IMG/VR virus record: IMGVR_UViG_2671180890_000003
DNA from: a virus
Taxonomy: Duplodnaviria; Heunggongvirae; Uroviricota; Caudoviricetes
Length of the DNA: 20,749 nucleotides
Reading direction: 5' to 3' (one strand)
Shown piece by piece: positions 1 to 8,981 of the stretch. The position numbers and the translations under genes are program-made. Position 1 is the first letter of the stretch, and each line of letters opens with the position of its first letter. Below the pieces are notes generated by a model. That model was not told where the DNA came from, did no database searches, and saw only the letters and a list, made by a program, of their open reading frames with translations.

Positions 1-402
1 ATGCGTAGCGCCGCTGTAATTAACAACGGCCTACGGAGATATGTCGCTTACTCGATATTGAATCTGTTTGTAGAGTATTGGCTTCAATGCCGCATTGTAG
101 CTGGTTTCTTCCTAATGCGATTTTTGATTATGTACACCCTTATGTACACGGTTTTTTCGGGTGCTTTGGTCAGAAGCCATTGTCTACATCCCTCAGGATC
201 GAGGTGTGTAACCATGTTCAGGCTTGTTGTCCTGCGCGCGCGTATTGCTCGTGAAATTGCTGTACCCAATAGTGATGTCCGAAAAAACCTCCGTTCTCAC
301 ATGAAACAGCCATATGCAACTGGTAACTGAACAGACTGGTAGACCGTTCGTTCAGTAAATACCTGATATTTTCGCCAACGAGAAATTGCGTTGGCTGGCA
401 GG

Positions 403-424
403 GTGCAAATTTGCACGATGGACT
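403..424. repeat. Perfect 14-bp palindrome GTGCAAATTTGCAC (403-416) followed by ATGGACT (418-424); copy D of a recurring hairpin+ATGGACT element
   Basis: Read directly from the sequence. The same heptamer follows hairpins at 9752-9781, 16384-16417 and 17472-17502. This copy lacks the T-run seen in the others. Confidence 0.5.
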
Positions 425-575
425 AACCCATTGATTCTTTCGAAAACCCCCATTGGGGGAAAAGCCTAACTCATTGGTTTTCCCACAATCCTCAATTTGA
501 GGAATGTACCTAAAACCATTTTTATAGCTCCGATCCCTTCAAAGTGAGGGGTAATTTGCCAAAACAGAGAGAGCA

Positions 576-863
576 TTACTGTCTCTGGCAATCTTTATCG
601 CGATAACGCCTGAAGTACCCTCTCGCTTCCTCATCCATACCAAGAGCCGAATGAGTCCGCTTAACTGCCTGTCTTAAATCTCCGAATCTGTCTGTAGTTG
701 CTGGTGGGCGTGCCGCCTTACGGATACATTCAGAGCGTCTGTTTGCTGCATGTTCACGTTCTTTATCGCCATCTGCCAGCATCATGACTTCTGCCCATCG
801 TGCGGCAGCTCTCCGGTATAGCCCTTTTGACTCCAGCTCTTCAGCTTTCCTGTCCCTTATCAT
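576..863 (-). CDS. PerC-like small transcriptional activator (95 aa)
   Basis: ATG at 863 preceded by a GAGAGG Shine-Dalgarno. N-terminal KAEELESKGLYRRAAARWAEVM matches my recollection of the conserved PerC/Pch core; not searched. Confidence 0.5.
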   Translation of the reverse strand: MIRDRKAEELESKGLYRRAAARWAEVMMLADGDKEREHAANRRSECIRKAARPPATTDRFGDLRQAVKRTHSALGMDEEARGYFRRYRDKDCQRQ

Positions 864-899
864 TTCTGCCTCTCAGATTATATAGATAAGCAAAAAGGT

Positions 900-1020
900 G
901 TTGGTTCAGTTGGTTCAGTTGGTTCAATTTGTAAAGATCGTTGTTTTTATTGTGTTTTTTCTGAAATATTGAACCAACATCAACTCATTTTGAACCAACA
1001 CAGCCCAGCTCTGAACCAAC
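900..1020. repeat. Iteron cluster: GTTGGTTCA x3 in perfect tandem (900-926) plus inverted TGAACCAAC x3 at 970, 991 and 1012 (exact 21-bp phasing)
   Basis: Read directly from the sequence. Lies in the divergent intergenic region between the PerC-like gene and the plus-strand DNA-binding gene, with an AT-rich spacer between the direct and inverted sets. Confidence 0.8.
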
Positions 1021-1122
1021 AACACAGCGATAGCTTTGTGATTGGCCCGTTATTTTCTGGCTGATATTTGAGCGTATAACAGTGTTATACAGTGGTATAC
1101 TGTATGGATATTACTCACTGAT

Positions 1123-1566
1123 ATGGTCTTTGCAATGAGCAAATCTAATCTGGTCGCGTTCCGCATCCCATCTGAATTGCAGGATGAGTTTAATCGGTCT
1201 GTTCTCGCTTCTGGAGGGGATAAAACCTCCTGGCTTGTTGATGCGATTCGCATGAAGCTGGGACAGCCGGAAAAGTCTATTGATTCACGAATGCTTGGGC
1301 TGGTGGAGCGCATGGAAAAAGCCGCTGCGTCGCTTATTGCCGGAAAGCCGAACATCCCACCAAAGCCATATAACGAAACGGCAGTTATAAAGATCATTGC
1401 CGATACCATCCGACAGGGATTTGATAATGGGCGTGTGATAGCGGAACGGCTCAATGAAGCAGGCTATCAAACAAAAGCTGGTAAAGCATGGGATAAAGAC
1501 ATTTACAGCGCGTGGAAGCGTCAGGGAAGCAATGCTGAAAAGTTATCAGTGGCTCTAAGAATGTAG
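1123..1566 (+). CDS. Putative DNA-binding protein (147 aa) with ribbon-helix-helix-like N-terminus
   Basis: Only credible plus-strand gene. N-terminal LVAFRIPSELQDEF...WLVDAIRMKL fits a strand-helix-helix pattern; C-terminal LNEAGYQTKAGKAWDKDIY resembles a recombinase-type DNA-binding motif (from memory). No clear SD; start may be ATG 1135. An inverted repeat ATACAGT-5-ACTGTAT sits about 25 bp upstream. Confidence 0.5.
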   Translation: MVFAMSKSNLVAFRIPSELQDEFNRSVLASGGDKTSWLVDAIRMKLGQPEKSIDSRMLGLVERMEKAAASLIAGKPNIPPKPYNETAVIKIIADTIRQGFDNGRVIAERLNEAGYQTKAGKAWDKDIYSAWKRQGSNAEKLSVALRM

Positions 1567-1582
1567 CCCTATATTTTGATTT

Positions 1583-1960
1583 TTAGACGTGCTTGGAGAA
1601 CAGGTAGCGTGCCATCACTAAAACAATGCCAAAGACTTCAGCGAGGGTTCCCCCCATAAATAGGTTTATAACGAAATCACTAAAATGGAGCAGTTTTGCT
1701 CCAATAAGGACAAAAATCCCATTCATAACTAATAGCTGGCCTATCAGAATGCCGATAAACCACCGAGCAAACATTTTTTTCAGTTTTGTGTCTGTTTTTA
1801 AATCTTTTGTTTTTGCACGCTGATGGGCTTTGGCTGGATCCTCATCATTTAGATGTGTGAGGGTTTTTGCTGATGGTGATGAGCCAGAGGCTGGTTCACC
1901 TCTGGCTTGTCTTGCCGCTTGCTTTAGTTTTTCAGATATAGCGTAAGATCTAGACGTCAT
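1583..1960 (-). CDS. Small membrane protein (125 aa): hydrophilic charged N-terminal ~60 aa then two predicted transmembrane helices
   Basis: Track ORF. Start lies 3 nt after the stop of the upstream peptidase gene (translational coupling). Hydrophobic stretches WFIGILIGQLLVMNGIFVLIGAKLL and FVINLFMGGTLAEVFGIVLVMARYL. Confidence 0.55.
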   Translation of the reverse strand: MTSRSYAISEKLKQAARQARGEPASGSSPSAKTLTHLNDEDPAKAHQRAKTKDLKTDTKLKKMFARWFIGILIGQLLVMNGIFVLIGAKLLHFSDFVINLFMGGTLAEVFGIVLVMARYLFSKHV

Positions 1961-1963
1961 TAC

Positions 1964-2446
1964 TCATCGAAGCCCTAAATTCTTTAGGCGATAACGTATA
2001 GCATCATCGGATACACCAAAATAGGAAGCCATCATTACTGGTGCATATCCTGCATTGTTGAGGCGTCGAACCTCTTTTTCTGGCATGAGAAGACATGCTG
2101 CAAAGTTATTGGCGAATATTTCTTCGCTGTCTACACCTTGGCTTGCCAGTTTTCCGCGGTAATCAACAAACTCATATTCAAGTGGCTGACCGTTCTCAGT
2201 TCGTTTGACGTAATGCCCTAACTCATGCGCACACGTAAATCGTTTGCGCACGTTACTATCATTACGATTGAGTATGATTACTGGATCTTGTTCTGGCTCT
2301 TTCAGCAATGCGCCTGAAACATCATCATCAAGCGTGGTTTCAACAACATCCAACCCTAACTCATTGGCAATCCATACTGGATCAACCGGGAATTTCCTAT
2401 CGCCCCAGATATCTTTCAAGAGGGCATGTGCAGATGTATTCGACAT
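1964..2446 (-). CDS. ImmA/IrrE-family (DUF955-like) Zn-metallopeptidase, no fused HTH domain (160 aa from ATG 2446)
   Basis: HEXXH motif in RKRFTCAHELGHYV. ATG at 2446 is preceded by AAGGAGG at the right spacing; the track ORF begins 2 codons earlier at a GTG (2452). Confidence 0.7.
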   Translation of the reverse strand: MSNTSAHALLKDIWGDRKFPVDPVWIANELGLDVVETTLDDDVSGALLKEPEQDPVIILNRNDSNVRKRFTCAHELGHYVKRTENGQPLEYEFVDYRGKLASQGVDSEEIFANNFAACLLMPEKEVRRLNNAGYAPVMMASYFGVSDDAIRYRLKNLGLR

Positions 2447-2627
2447 GTTCACCTCCTTTGATTATGGTTAAATAGTCGAAATTTTCACCACTTCCCTTGT
2501 GGATATATTTACATATAAAAGGTAACTAGTCACTAACCAACACAAATCTTTTTGAAGACAGATGGGGGGTGTTGAACGGTTTTTAAATGATTTCTTTGAT
2601 TTTTAACAGCAATAAGGAGCATTTTTA

Positions 2628-2681
2628 ATGAAATTAGACGTTGATAATAACTTTTTGAGCAATCTTTACATATCATGGTAG
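2628..2681 (+). CDS. 17-codon micro-ORF (MKLDVDNNFLSNLYISW) with a consensus Shine-Dalgarno
   Basis: AAGGAG 8 nt upstream of ATG 2628; stop TAG 2679-2681. Too short to judge as coding; possible leader peptide or chance. Confidence 0.2.
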   Translation: MKLDVDNNFLSNLYISW

Positions 2682-2905
2682 CCTTCTATGCTGTTTTTCC
2701 AACTAAAAGATTGGCACATTTATCCGCTGGTAGTGGCGTTTTTTCGCCGCCAGCGCCTCTCTGGTTCCATTCCTTACATCTGTTCAAATTCAGCAACCCT
2801 TGCCGCGATCTTGCCGTTATCGAGAAGCTCTTTCGCTTTTCGGTTAATACTATCGGTCTTCATATTGCCAGCAGCATACGCCATCCGATAATTTCGATGC
2901 TACGC

Positions 2906-3280
2906 GCGCGTACTTGTCGCAAAATATCAGGCAAAGGCCAGATTCAGAAAGTCGTGATAACCACCAGCACAACATGAGAGGTCATGTAACGCGATTTATC
3001 ACACCAGATACATGTGATTGGTGTACCCGCATAAAACATCGTCATAGCGCGTCCTGTGCGCATATACGCCGATAATCAACACATCACCACCACTCTGTCT
3101 TATGTAGAGAACAGTTTTATGGTGCTCCCCGCCATCGTGTGCGTACTGGTCGGACGCAGTTGCAAAAAATTTTGCAACTGATACCCCTCGCGCGCGTACT
3201 GGTCACGAAATTGGTGTTTTGCTGTGGCAGTGATATCAGAAAAATCTTCCTGTTTCACATAAAGCGGATATGCGCGTACT
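2906..3280. repeat. Dispersed short repeats GCGCGTACT(GGTC) at 2906, 3141, 3192 and 3272 (variant at 3047) plus inverted repeat AGTTGCAAAA-aa-TTTTGCAACT at 3158-3179
   Basis: Read directly from the sequence. Region 2460-3418 has no convincing ORF on either strand. Spacing is irregular and units are short, so this is not CRISPR-like. Confidence 0.5.
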
Positions 3281-3384
3281 GTAACGGCCCCATCAACTGG
3301 GAGCGGATTTGAGCCCCGAATGTGTAGGCAATGTCACTTAACGTTTGTCGCATACCTTCCAGAAAAAGCGATTCATGAATAATA

Positions 3385-3420
3385 GGGGCATGAATGCCCG
3401 GCGTACCGGGCTTATTAGTT
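3385..3420. terminator. Two overlapping GC-rich hairpins (GGGCAT/ATGCCC and GCCCGG/CCGGGC) with T-rich flanks; candidate intrinsic terminator just downstream of the lipoprotein gene
   Basis: Hairpins at 3386-3399 and 3396-3411. T-rich TTATTAGTT follows on the plus strand and CTATTATT on the minus strand; the T-tract is imperfect. Confidence 0.35.
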
Positions 3421-4117
3421 AATTTGGTGCTTTAGGGTCAACATTAAAAGTTATATCACCTTCTGTATTTTTCCCGGCATAGCTAGCGGCTATTCTCGCC
3501 AACCCTTTGTAATCAGCAATTCCATCAGACTGTTGCGAGACGACTGAGCTACCAACTTTCCATAACATATTAATCTGCCGATTATTGAGATAAGCCTTGG
3601 CATCAAACGACTGGAGTATCACCCCTGCGCCGTAGAACGTGTCCGTCACAGTTGTGTTATACGCGCCAGTAATTCCATAAGTAGGCGTATAAACTGTTGT
3701 TGCCGTTCCAGTGGTATTAGCTGTACCGTAGCCACCACCATAACTATTGAACGTGGTGTTCGAGTTTCCGTACGTTGTTGCTGAGCTCACACCAGTTTGC
3801 CCGTATATTGGGATGGTTACATTACGAGTATTTGAAATGGCCCCGCTTCTCAAAAAGTTCAAGAGAATTACCTGGTCAGCCAATTTTTCATCTTTAACTT
3901 GTGTATATCCTTGGCTTGATAAACTGGCGGCTACTACCGTAGCTATTTGAGTGTATTCAATCTGTTTGGTGTTCCAAAGTTCTTGGCTTGCGGGGATGAT
4001 CAAGAACTTCTTACCGACAGATTGCCCGGAAGATAAAGCATTGACCGTTACTAACGGTTTTTGTACGCATCCAGCCAATAATGACAGGGATAATATTAAA
4101 AGAAGATTTTTAATCAT
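3419..4117 (-). CDS. Lipoprotein (232 aa) with Gly/Thr/Tyr/Asn-rich central low-complexity region
   Basis: Signal peptide with lipobox LLAGC (MIKNLLLILSLSLLAGC). AGGTGAG SD upstream of ATG 4117. Possible own sigma70-like promoter (TTACAT...TAATTT) in the 150-bp gap upstream. Lower GC than the upstream module. Confidence 0.7.
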   Translation of the reverse strand: MIKNLLLILSLSLLAGCVQKPLVTVNALSSGQSVGKKFLIIPASQELWNTKQIEYTQIATVVAASLSSQGYTQVKDEKLADQVILLNFLRSGAISNTRNVTIPIYGQTGVSSATTYGNSNTTFNSYGGGYGTANTTGTATTVYTPTYGITGAYNTTVTDTFYGAGVILQSFDAKAYLNNRQINMLWKVGSSVVSQQSDGIADYKGLARIAASYAGKNTEGDITFNVDPKAPN

Positions 4118-4267
4118 GATAATCTCACCTAAGAATTGCGTGGTTATAAATTATCATCACTGTAAGCGAATGTAAGCCACAGGCTCGTAATGTGATATGG
4201 AATTTTGATAGTTGGCTCAATATCAGTATGCCGTCCTTGGCTATTATGGTTTTGTTAGTTAGAGCGT

Positions 4268-6988
4268 CTATTCCCATTCGCTAACATCTTTCATGCCACT
4301 GAGGGTAGCTACAATCCCGGCCCTTGTCAGTTTCACGAATTCTTCAGCCCCAACGGCATCACGAATTGCTTTCATGGCAATTTTATTGGCCGAAAATCGT
4401 TTCTCTGCTGCGGCGATCGCTGCTGGTGATGCCCCTGCGCGCACTGCTTTTGTAGCTTCCTGAACGGCTTTCTCTATCGCATATCGACCACTTCTTGTCG
4501 CCCCAATCTTAGCCACAGCATTTCTTAGCGCGCCACCAGCAACCAAACCACTAATCGAACCAATTACACCACCGCCAAAGCCTCCAGCGATCGCACCTGA
4601 CTGTTGAACACCGTTCATAATCACGCCGACGATCTTTGGAAGGCCTGAATCGAGCGTTTTGAGAGCCTCAGTTGTTCTTCCCGTGCGCTCTACGTATCGC
4701 TGCGGTCTGGTACTGGCTTTAGCGAGTACACCGAACTCTTTCATCATTCTACCGAGATCTGGCGCATGACGACTGATGGCGTTTACATTCTGCTGGGTCA
4801 TGAGCTTGGCAAAATACTGGATACCTGACTCTTCACCGATTCCTCCCTTCTCTCCCTGCGCCACAGCATGCTGAAGAATAGATGCTATTGCAGGTTGGCG
4901 TTCTGCTTCCGGCAGCGCGGAGATAAGACGGTGAAAAGCTCCCGTTCCAGTGTTTGCGGATGCCTTAAGCGTATCGGCACCTTTTCTTACCATAGCGTCT
5001 GATGCGAGATCTCGACCAAAAACAGATTCGGCATTTTGTTTGGCGATAATGTAACTTTTAGAGAGATCGTTAGCTTTCTGCCATTCTGTGAGGAAGTTTC
5101 CTTTTTCAGCCATGATGCGCATGTCATCAGTGATAGCTCTGCGCATTTCTCCGGCAATCCGGGCGGCATTGGCCTTACCTGCCCGGGTGTTTGCTTGTTC
5201 AGCATCAGCAAACTTAGCACGCCATGCCTTCATCCCGTCGAAGGTTATGCCGCCACCTTGGTTGTTGGCAGCCTGAAACTGTTTCATCTCCGGGCTGAGT
5301 GGAACATTGGCTGCTTTTTCTGCTTGGACGACAGCCATTCCATTACTCATTTTCATCCTTTCGCGTGGCATCGTGCTTCGCAGTTCTGCCCATGCCATAT
5401 TCTCTGCTGTTTTCATATCACTGAGGCTCGCGATGATGCGCTCTTTAATTGCTGCGCTTTTTTCTGATGCGCTTCCAGACTCAGCACCGAAATCAGACAA
5501 CTGCTTATTCAACTTTGAGGATATTTCATTGAAGGCCGTAAGGTGAGCATCCTGAACATTCCCAGGAGTTGATGCCAGAACACCTTCTGCTTGGGCAATT
5601 CCACGACTACCTGAGCGCATTCCAGGCGTCAGGGTGTTGATATTAATACCAGTGATTTTCGCCGCCTTAGCGACATCATCTCTGACGTTTGATGCCTGCG
5701 ATGCGATATGCTCTCGGCCTACGGCAGAACGCGCTGCTTTCGATACATCATTGGCGGTTTCCAGAGTATTTGCTGCCCCTAACACATGGCCTGATTGATT
5801 TGTATTACTCCGCAATACATCTCGCATTACGTCACTGGCTGTCTGTCCGCTCTTTATTAAAGCGCGTGCTCCTAGCGATCCTGCTAGGCCAATACCTGTC
5901 TCTTTTGCTAGGTCTTCTGGGCTGATCTGCCCGTTCTTTTGGGCGTTCACCAATGTACCTGGCAGGTTTTCTGCCAACATACTAGCCACCTTTGTGGCCG
6001 CACGTTCAGCACGTGGAGCGTTGGCAACTGAAGAAGCTGCGGTAGCTGCCTTTCCTGCACCTAATCCTGTAATAAGGTAAGGTGCTAGCTGCTCACCAGC
6101 CTGCGCGTATGGATCTGTAGGTTGGTCTACTGGGCGAAAGACTGGTGATATGGGCGTGTATGTGCCATCACCCACACCAAGCTTCTGAGCTGCCCATGCT
6201 CCGGCTGATTGCGCCGCATTGACTACCCCCACGCCTGCGTCCATTACATCAAACGGTATATTAGCAATCCCTCTGGCCATCTGCTCTGGCGCAGCTTTCA
6301 GTCCTGGCGAAAGATATTCCATCTCAGGATTAAGGTTAGACTTGGCTACTTGCTGCTGCGGTTCCCCGGCATTTTCATCGGCGAGAAACTGAGCTCTTTT
6401 CTGCTCCCATGAACTGGCTGTTGGTAGTCCTGCTTCTATGTTCTTAAATTGCTGACGTTTTGCTTCCCATGCAGAAATATCTCCCACCTGAGAGATTTCT
6501 TTATCAAGCTCTGAGTAGTCAGGCTGCTGAAGATTGCGATGTTGACTGGTTTGTGCAAACTGCAAGATTTCACTGTCATCAGGGATTATTCCGGCATCTG
6601 CAAATTTACTTACGTAATTAGCCGTTTCATCTGGCAGTGTAGATTTACCGTTTCTGACGGCATTAATACGAGCATAGCCAGAATTATACCCAGCCAATGC
6701 CATACCTATATCACCAAATCGCTTCATTCCTTTATTGAGATGGTTTGCTGCGATATCCATTTGCTTTTCAAATGGCAGTGAGCGCGGATCTGTTCCACGA
6801 TAACCAGCATCACTCATTACTGAGGGCATCAGTTGAGCAAATCCTCTAGCTCCTTTCGGTGACTCGGCACTTCCGTTACCACTAGATTCATTGCCAACTA
6901 ATGTTTCCATCGTCCCTGATGGGAAACCATATTTTTCATCGAGATGACGGGAATAGGCTTTCTGTTTTTCTGTCAGTTGTGCCATCAT
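4268..6988 (-). CDS. Large virion-type protein with N-terminal SLT lytic transglycosylase domain (about 906 aa); internal-virion/ejection protein-like (T7 gp16-type architecture) or tape-measure-like
   Basis: SLT signature ES...GARGFAQLMP...AGYNSGYARI in the first ~150 aa. The remainder is Ala/Gln/Ser-rich and helical, with a Gly-rich hydrophobic C-terminus. ATG 6988 forms an ATGA overlap with the upstream stop; the track start is 6994. Confidence 0.8.
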   Translation of the reverse strand: MMAQLTEKQKAYSRHLDEKYGFPSGTMETLVGNESSGNGSAESPKGARGFAQLMPSVMSDAGYRGTDPRSLPFEKQMDIAANHLNKGMKRFGDIGMALAGYNSGYARINAVRNGKSTLPDETANYVSKFADAGIIPDDSEILQFAQTSQHRNLQQPDYSELDKEISQVGDISAWEAKRQQFKNIEAGLPTASSWEQKRAQFLADENAGEPQQQVAKSNLNPEMEYLSPGLKAAPEQMARGIANIPFDVMDAGVGVVNAAQSAGAWAAQKLGVGDGTYTPISPVFRPVDQPTDPYAQAGEQLAPYLITGLGAGKAATAASSVANAPRAERAATKVASMLAENLPGTLVNAQKNGQISPEDLAKETGIGLAGSLGARALIKSGQTASDVMRDVLRSNTNQSGHVLGAANTLETANDVSKAARSAVGREHIASQASNVRDDVAKAAKITGININTLTPGMRSGSRGIAQAEGVLASTPGNVQDAHLTAFNEISSKLNKQLSDFGAESGSASEKSAAIKERIIASLSDMKTAENMAWAELRSTMPRERMKMSNGMAVVQAEKAANVPLSPEMKQFQAANNQGGGITFDGMKAWRAKFADAEQANTRAGKANAARIAGEMRRAITDDMRIMAEKGNFLTEWQKANDLSKSYIIAKQNAESVFGRDLASDAMVRKGADTLKASANTGTGAFHRLISALPEAERQPAIASILQHAVAQGEKGGIGEESGIQYFAKLMTQQNVNAISRHAPDLGRMMKEFGVLAKASTRPQRYVERTGRTTEALKTLDSGLPKIVGVIMNGVQQSGAIAGGFGGGVIGSISGLVAGGALRNAVAKIGATRSGRYAIEKAVQEATKAVRAGASPAAIAAAEKRFSANKIAMKAIRDAVGAEEFVKLTRAGIVATLSGMKDVSEWE

Positions 6989-8304
6989 TGCCATCCCTTA
7001 AGTTTTGCCTGATAGTAACTTTCCGGCAGATAGCCATGTGCGGTCACATAATCCTTAACCAGTGAAGGATCCTGCAACAGCATTTTGGTATCAGTTTCTT
7101 CGTCCTTAGATTTGGTTACAGGAATACCGAGCCCGGCAATCTGTCGTTTCTGCATTCGAATAATTACGTCCTGCGCTTTATTCAACTCTCGCAAAAATGC
7201 CTCATTGCTGGTTGCTGACTTAATGCCATTTTGAGATTGCATAAGGGCAGCCCTTTCCCCTTCGGTTGGGTTAGAGCCAAAAGTCCCTTTGAGGCTAGGC
7301 AGAATAACCTTTAGGTTGTATTCATCAGCTTTGGCGCGTAGGCTTCGTGTGTCTTCTGCTACATCAGGAAGGAATCCAAACCCCAGCGTCAGGGGGTTAT
7401 AGTTCTGCGAGCGGGTAACGGCCGAAGGATGTTTCCCTACAATTCCCGCCAGTTCATGACCCACTTCAAGCGCAGAGTTCAAGGAGTCGATGTTACCTGC
7501 AACAGTATTAATTTTATCGTTCATCTTCTCCACTTTCGCCTGCTGTATCTTGCTCAGTTCAGCATTGAGCTTGTCTCTCTCGATGTCATTTTGAGCACGT
7601 CCAAGTCGTGCTTTCAGAACCATTTCTCTCGTGCGTAGTTGGTTATCGGATAGGACTTTGAACTGCTCCATATCGAGACGTCGATTACCCTGTTCCGCAT
7701 TAACCTGAGCATTATATGCGGATGTATCTGCGTTCTGCTGTGCAATGCTCTGCCCTTGCTGCTTCTCTTGAACACTAAAGTAACTATTTGGATCAGCATG
7801 GAGGTGGATGAGGTCAGTGATTCTGTTGAATTCCTGTGGGTCATTCTGCCAAGACTGATAAACCTCTTCAGCAGGAAGACCAAATCGCTGTAATACTGGA
7901 TTTGCCTGCTGAATGGCCTTCTGCATGGTCAGTGGATCTCCAGTTTGTGACGCAAGACGCAGATTCATGGCAGCGTCAGCGGTCTGTCGATTTTGCTCAG
8001 CATCAATGAATCCCATCTGTTTTTGAGAATCAGCCATAAACTGGGGATACTGGGCCATTAACTTCTGCACGCCAACACGATCATTATTAGCTACCGCACT
8101 ACCCAACCGTGCCTGATATTCTTTTAACTGCTGGGAAATTTGCGCCTGCTGATTAATCTCAGCAACGCCTCTTAGCCCCTGTAGCGCCATTAAACCTACG
8201 TTTGGCTGCTGCTGATACTGCACAGGCTGAGGAACGGAAGAACGAGGAGCATTATCATTTTGCGGTGCCATGCTAGGCAGCCCGCCAAGTTGCCATGTCG
8301 CCAT
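6985..8304 (-). CDS. Gln-rich coiled-coil protein (439 aa); putative virion internal protein (gp15-like position)
   Basis: Track ORF. Start overlaps the upstream stop by 1 nt (TAATG) and the stop overlaps the downstream start: a translationally coupled block. Confidence 0.7.
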   Translation of the reverse strand: MATWQLGGLPSMAPQNDNAPRSSVPQPVQYQQQPNVGLMALQGLRGVAEINQQAQISQQLKEYQARLGSAVANNDRVGVQKLMAQYPQFMADSQKQMGFIDAEQNRQTADAAMNLRLASQTGDPLTMQKAIQQANPVLQRFGLPAEEVYQSWQNDPQEFNRITDLIHLHADPNSYFSVQEKQQGQSIAQQNADTSAYNAQVNAEQGNRRLDMEQFKVLSDNQLRTREMVLKARLGRAQNDIERDKLNAELSKIQQAKVEKMNDKINTVAGNIDSLNSALEVGHELAGIVGKHPSAVTRSQNYNPLTLGFGFLPDVAEDTRSLRAKADEYNLKVILPSLKGTFGSNPTEGERAALMQSQNGIKSATSNEAFLRELNKAQDVIIRMQKRQIAGLGIPVTKSKDEETDTKMLLQDPSLVKDYVTAHGYLPESYYQAKLKGWQ

Positions 8305-8981
8305 TAGAATCCAAGCCCCCCAACAAGACCAATAAGCCCACCACCAATAGCCCCGGCGACATTACCTATACCCGGAACAACGGAACCAAGTTGCGCACCC
8401 GCTAAAGCGCCTGATGCCGCCCCACCAATACCACGCGCAAGACTGGATGGCTGCTGCGCCTGACCTGCACGAATAGCGCCAAGCCCCTGCAAGAGTTGCC
8501 CGGTATTATTGGCGTAGTTTTGCCCTGCTGTTGCCTGCCCTGATGCCGCATTCATCCCGACATTTAGCAGGTTTCCATAATTTTGCATTTGCCCACTGAG
8601 CCAATTGTTATAAAGCATGGGCGCAATGGAAGATAACTGGTTACTGGTAGCTGTTGAGCCAAGCCCCCCGGTAGCTTCTGCTGAGACAAGGTTCTGATAA
8701 CGGGCCTGATCTGCCTGTGTTTTATATAAACCAGAACCAAAGAAATCATTCGCGGCTTTATTCTGCCCTTCCAGAGTCATCAGCCCTTGCAGTTGTTGTA
8801 AAGCAGGCAATCCGACTTCTGCATACGGCTTGAGATTATTCATCACCGTATTCCACTGCTCGCGCTGCAAATCAATTGCCTGCTGCTGGGCCTTCGCCTG
8901 AGCTTTAGAGGCACCACCATCACCGCCTTTTTCGTATACGGCACGATTGAGATGTTTATGAGCTATATGGGTAATTAACAT
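8304..8981 (-). CDS. Gly/Gln-rich protein (225 aa) with hydrophobic Gly-rich C-terminus GGLIGLVGGLGF; putative membrane-inserting virion protein (gp14-like position)
   Basis: Track ORF, coupled to its neighbours; composition suggests membrane association. Confidence 0.65.
   Translation of the reverse strand: MLITHIAHKHLNRAVYEKGGDGGASKAQAKAQQQAIDLQREQWNTVMNNLKPYAEVGLPALQQLQGLMTLEGQNKAANDFFGSGLYKTQADQARYQNLVSAEATGGLGSTATSNQLSSIAPMLYNNWLSGQMQNYGNLLNVGMNAASGQATAGQNYANNTGQLLQGLGAIRAGQAQQPSSLARGIGGAASGALAGAQLGSVVPGIGNVAGAIGGGLIGLVGGLGF

Noticed and set aside
1-330. Track ORFs 1..330 (+, 109 aa) and 84..269 (-, 61 aa) at the left edge
   Set aside because: No ribosome-binding site and an odd Cys/Trp/Arg-rich composition. 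The region looks non-coding (palindromes, motif copy D). It is possibly the element boundary, but no tRNA or att repeat could be identified.
993-2544. Shared 10-mer AACCAACACA between the iteron region (993-1002) and the peptidase promoter region (2535-2544) as evidence of co-regulation
   Set aside because: A single shared 10-mer is expected many times by chance in 20 kb; not significant without binding data.
2906-3280. CRISPR array
   Set aside because: Repeat units are only 9-13 bp, imperfect and irregularly spaced (about 50-145 bp), with no cas genes in the window.
4987-6781. Antisense and alternative-frame ORFs inside the SLT gene (for example 5036..5467 +, 5689..5925 +, 6539..6781 +)
   Set aside because: Shadow ORFs within a long, well-supported gene; no start signals.
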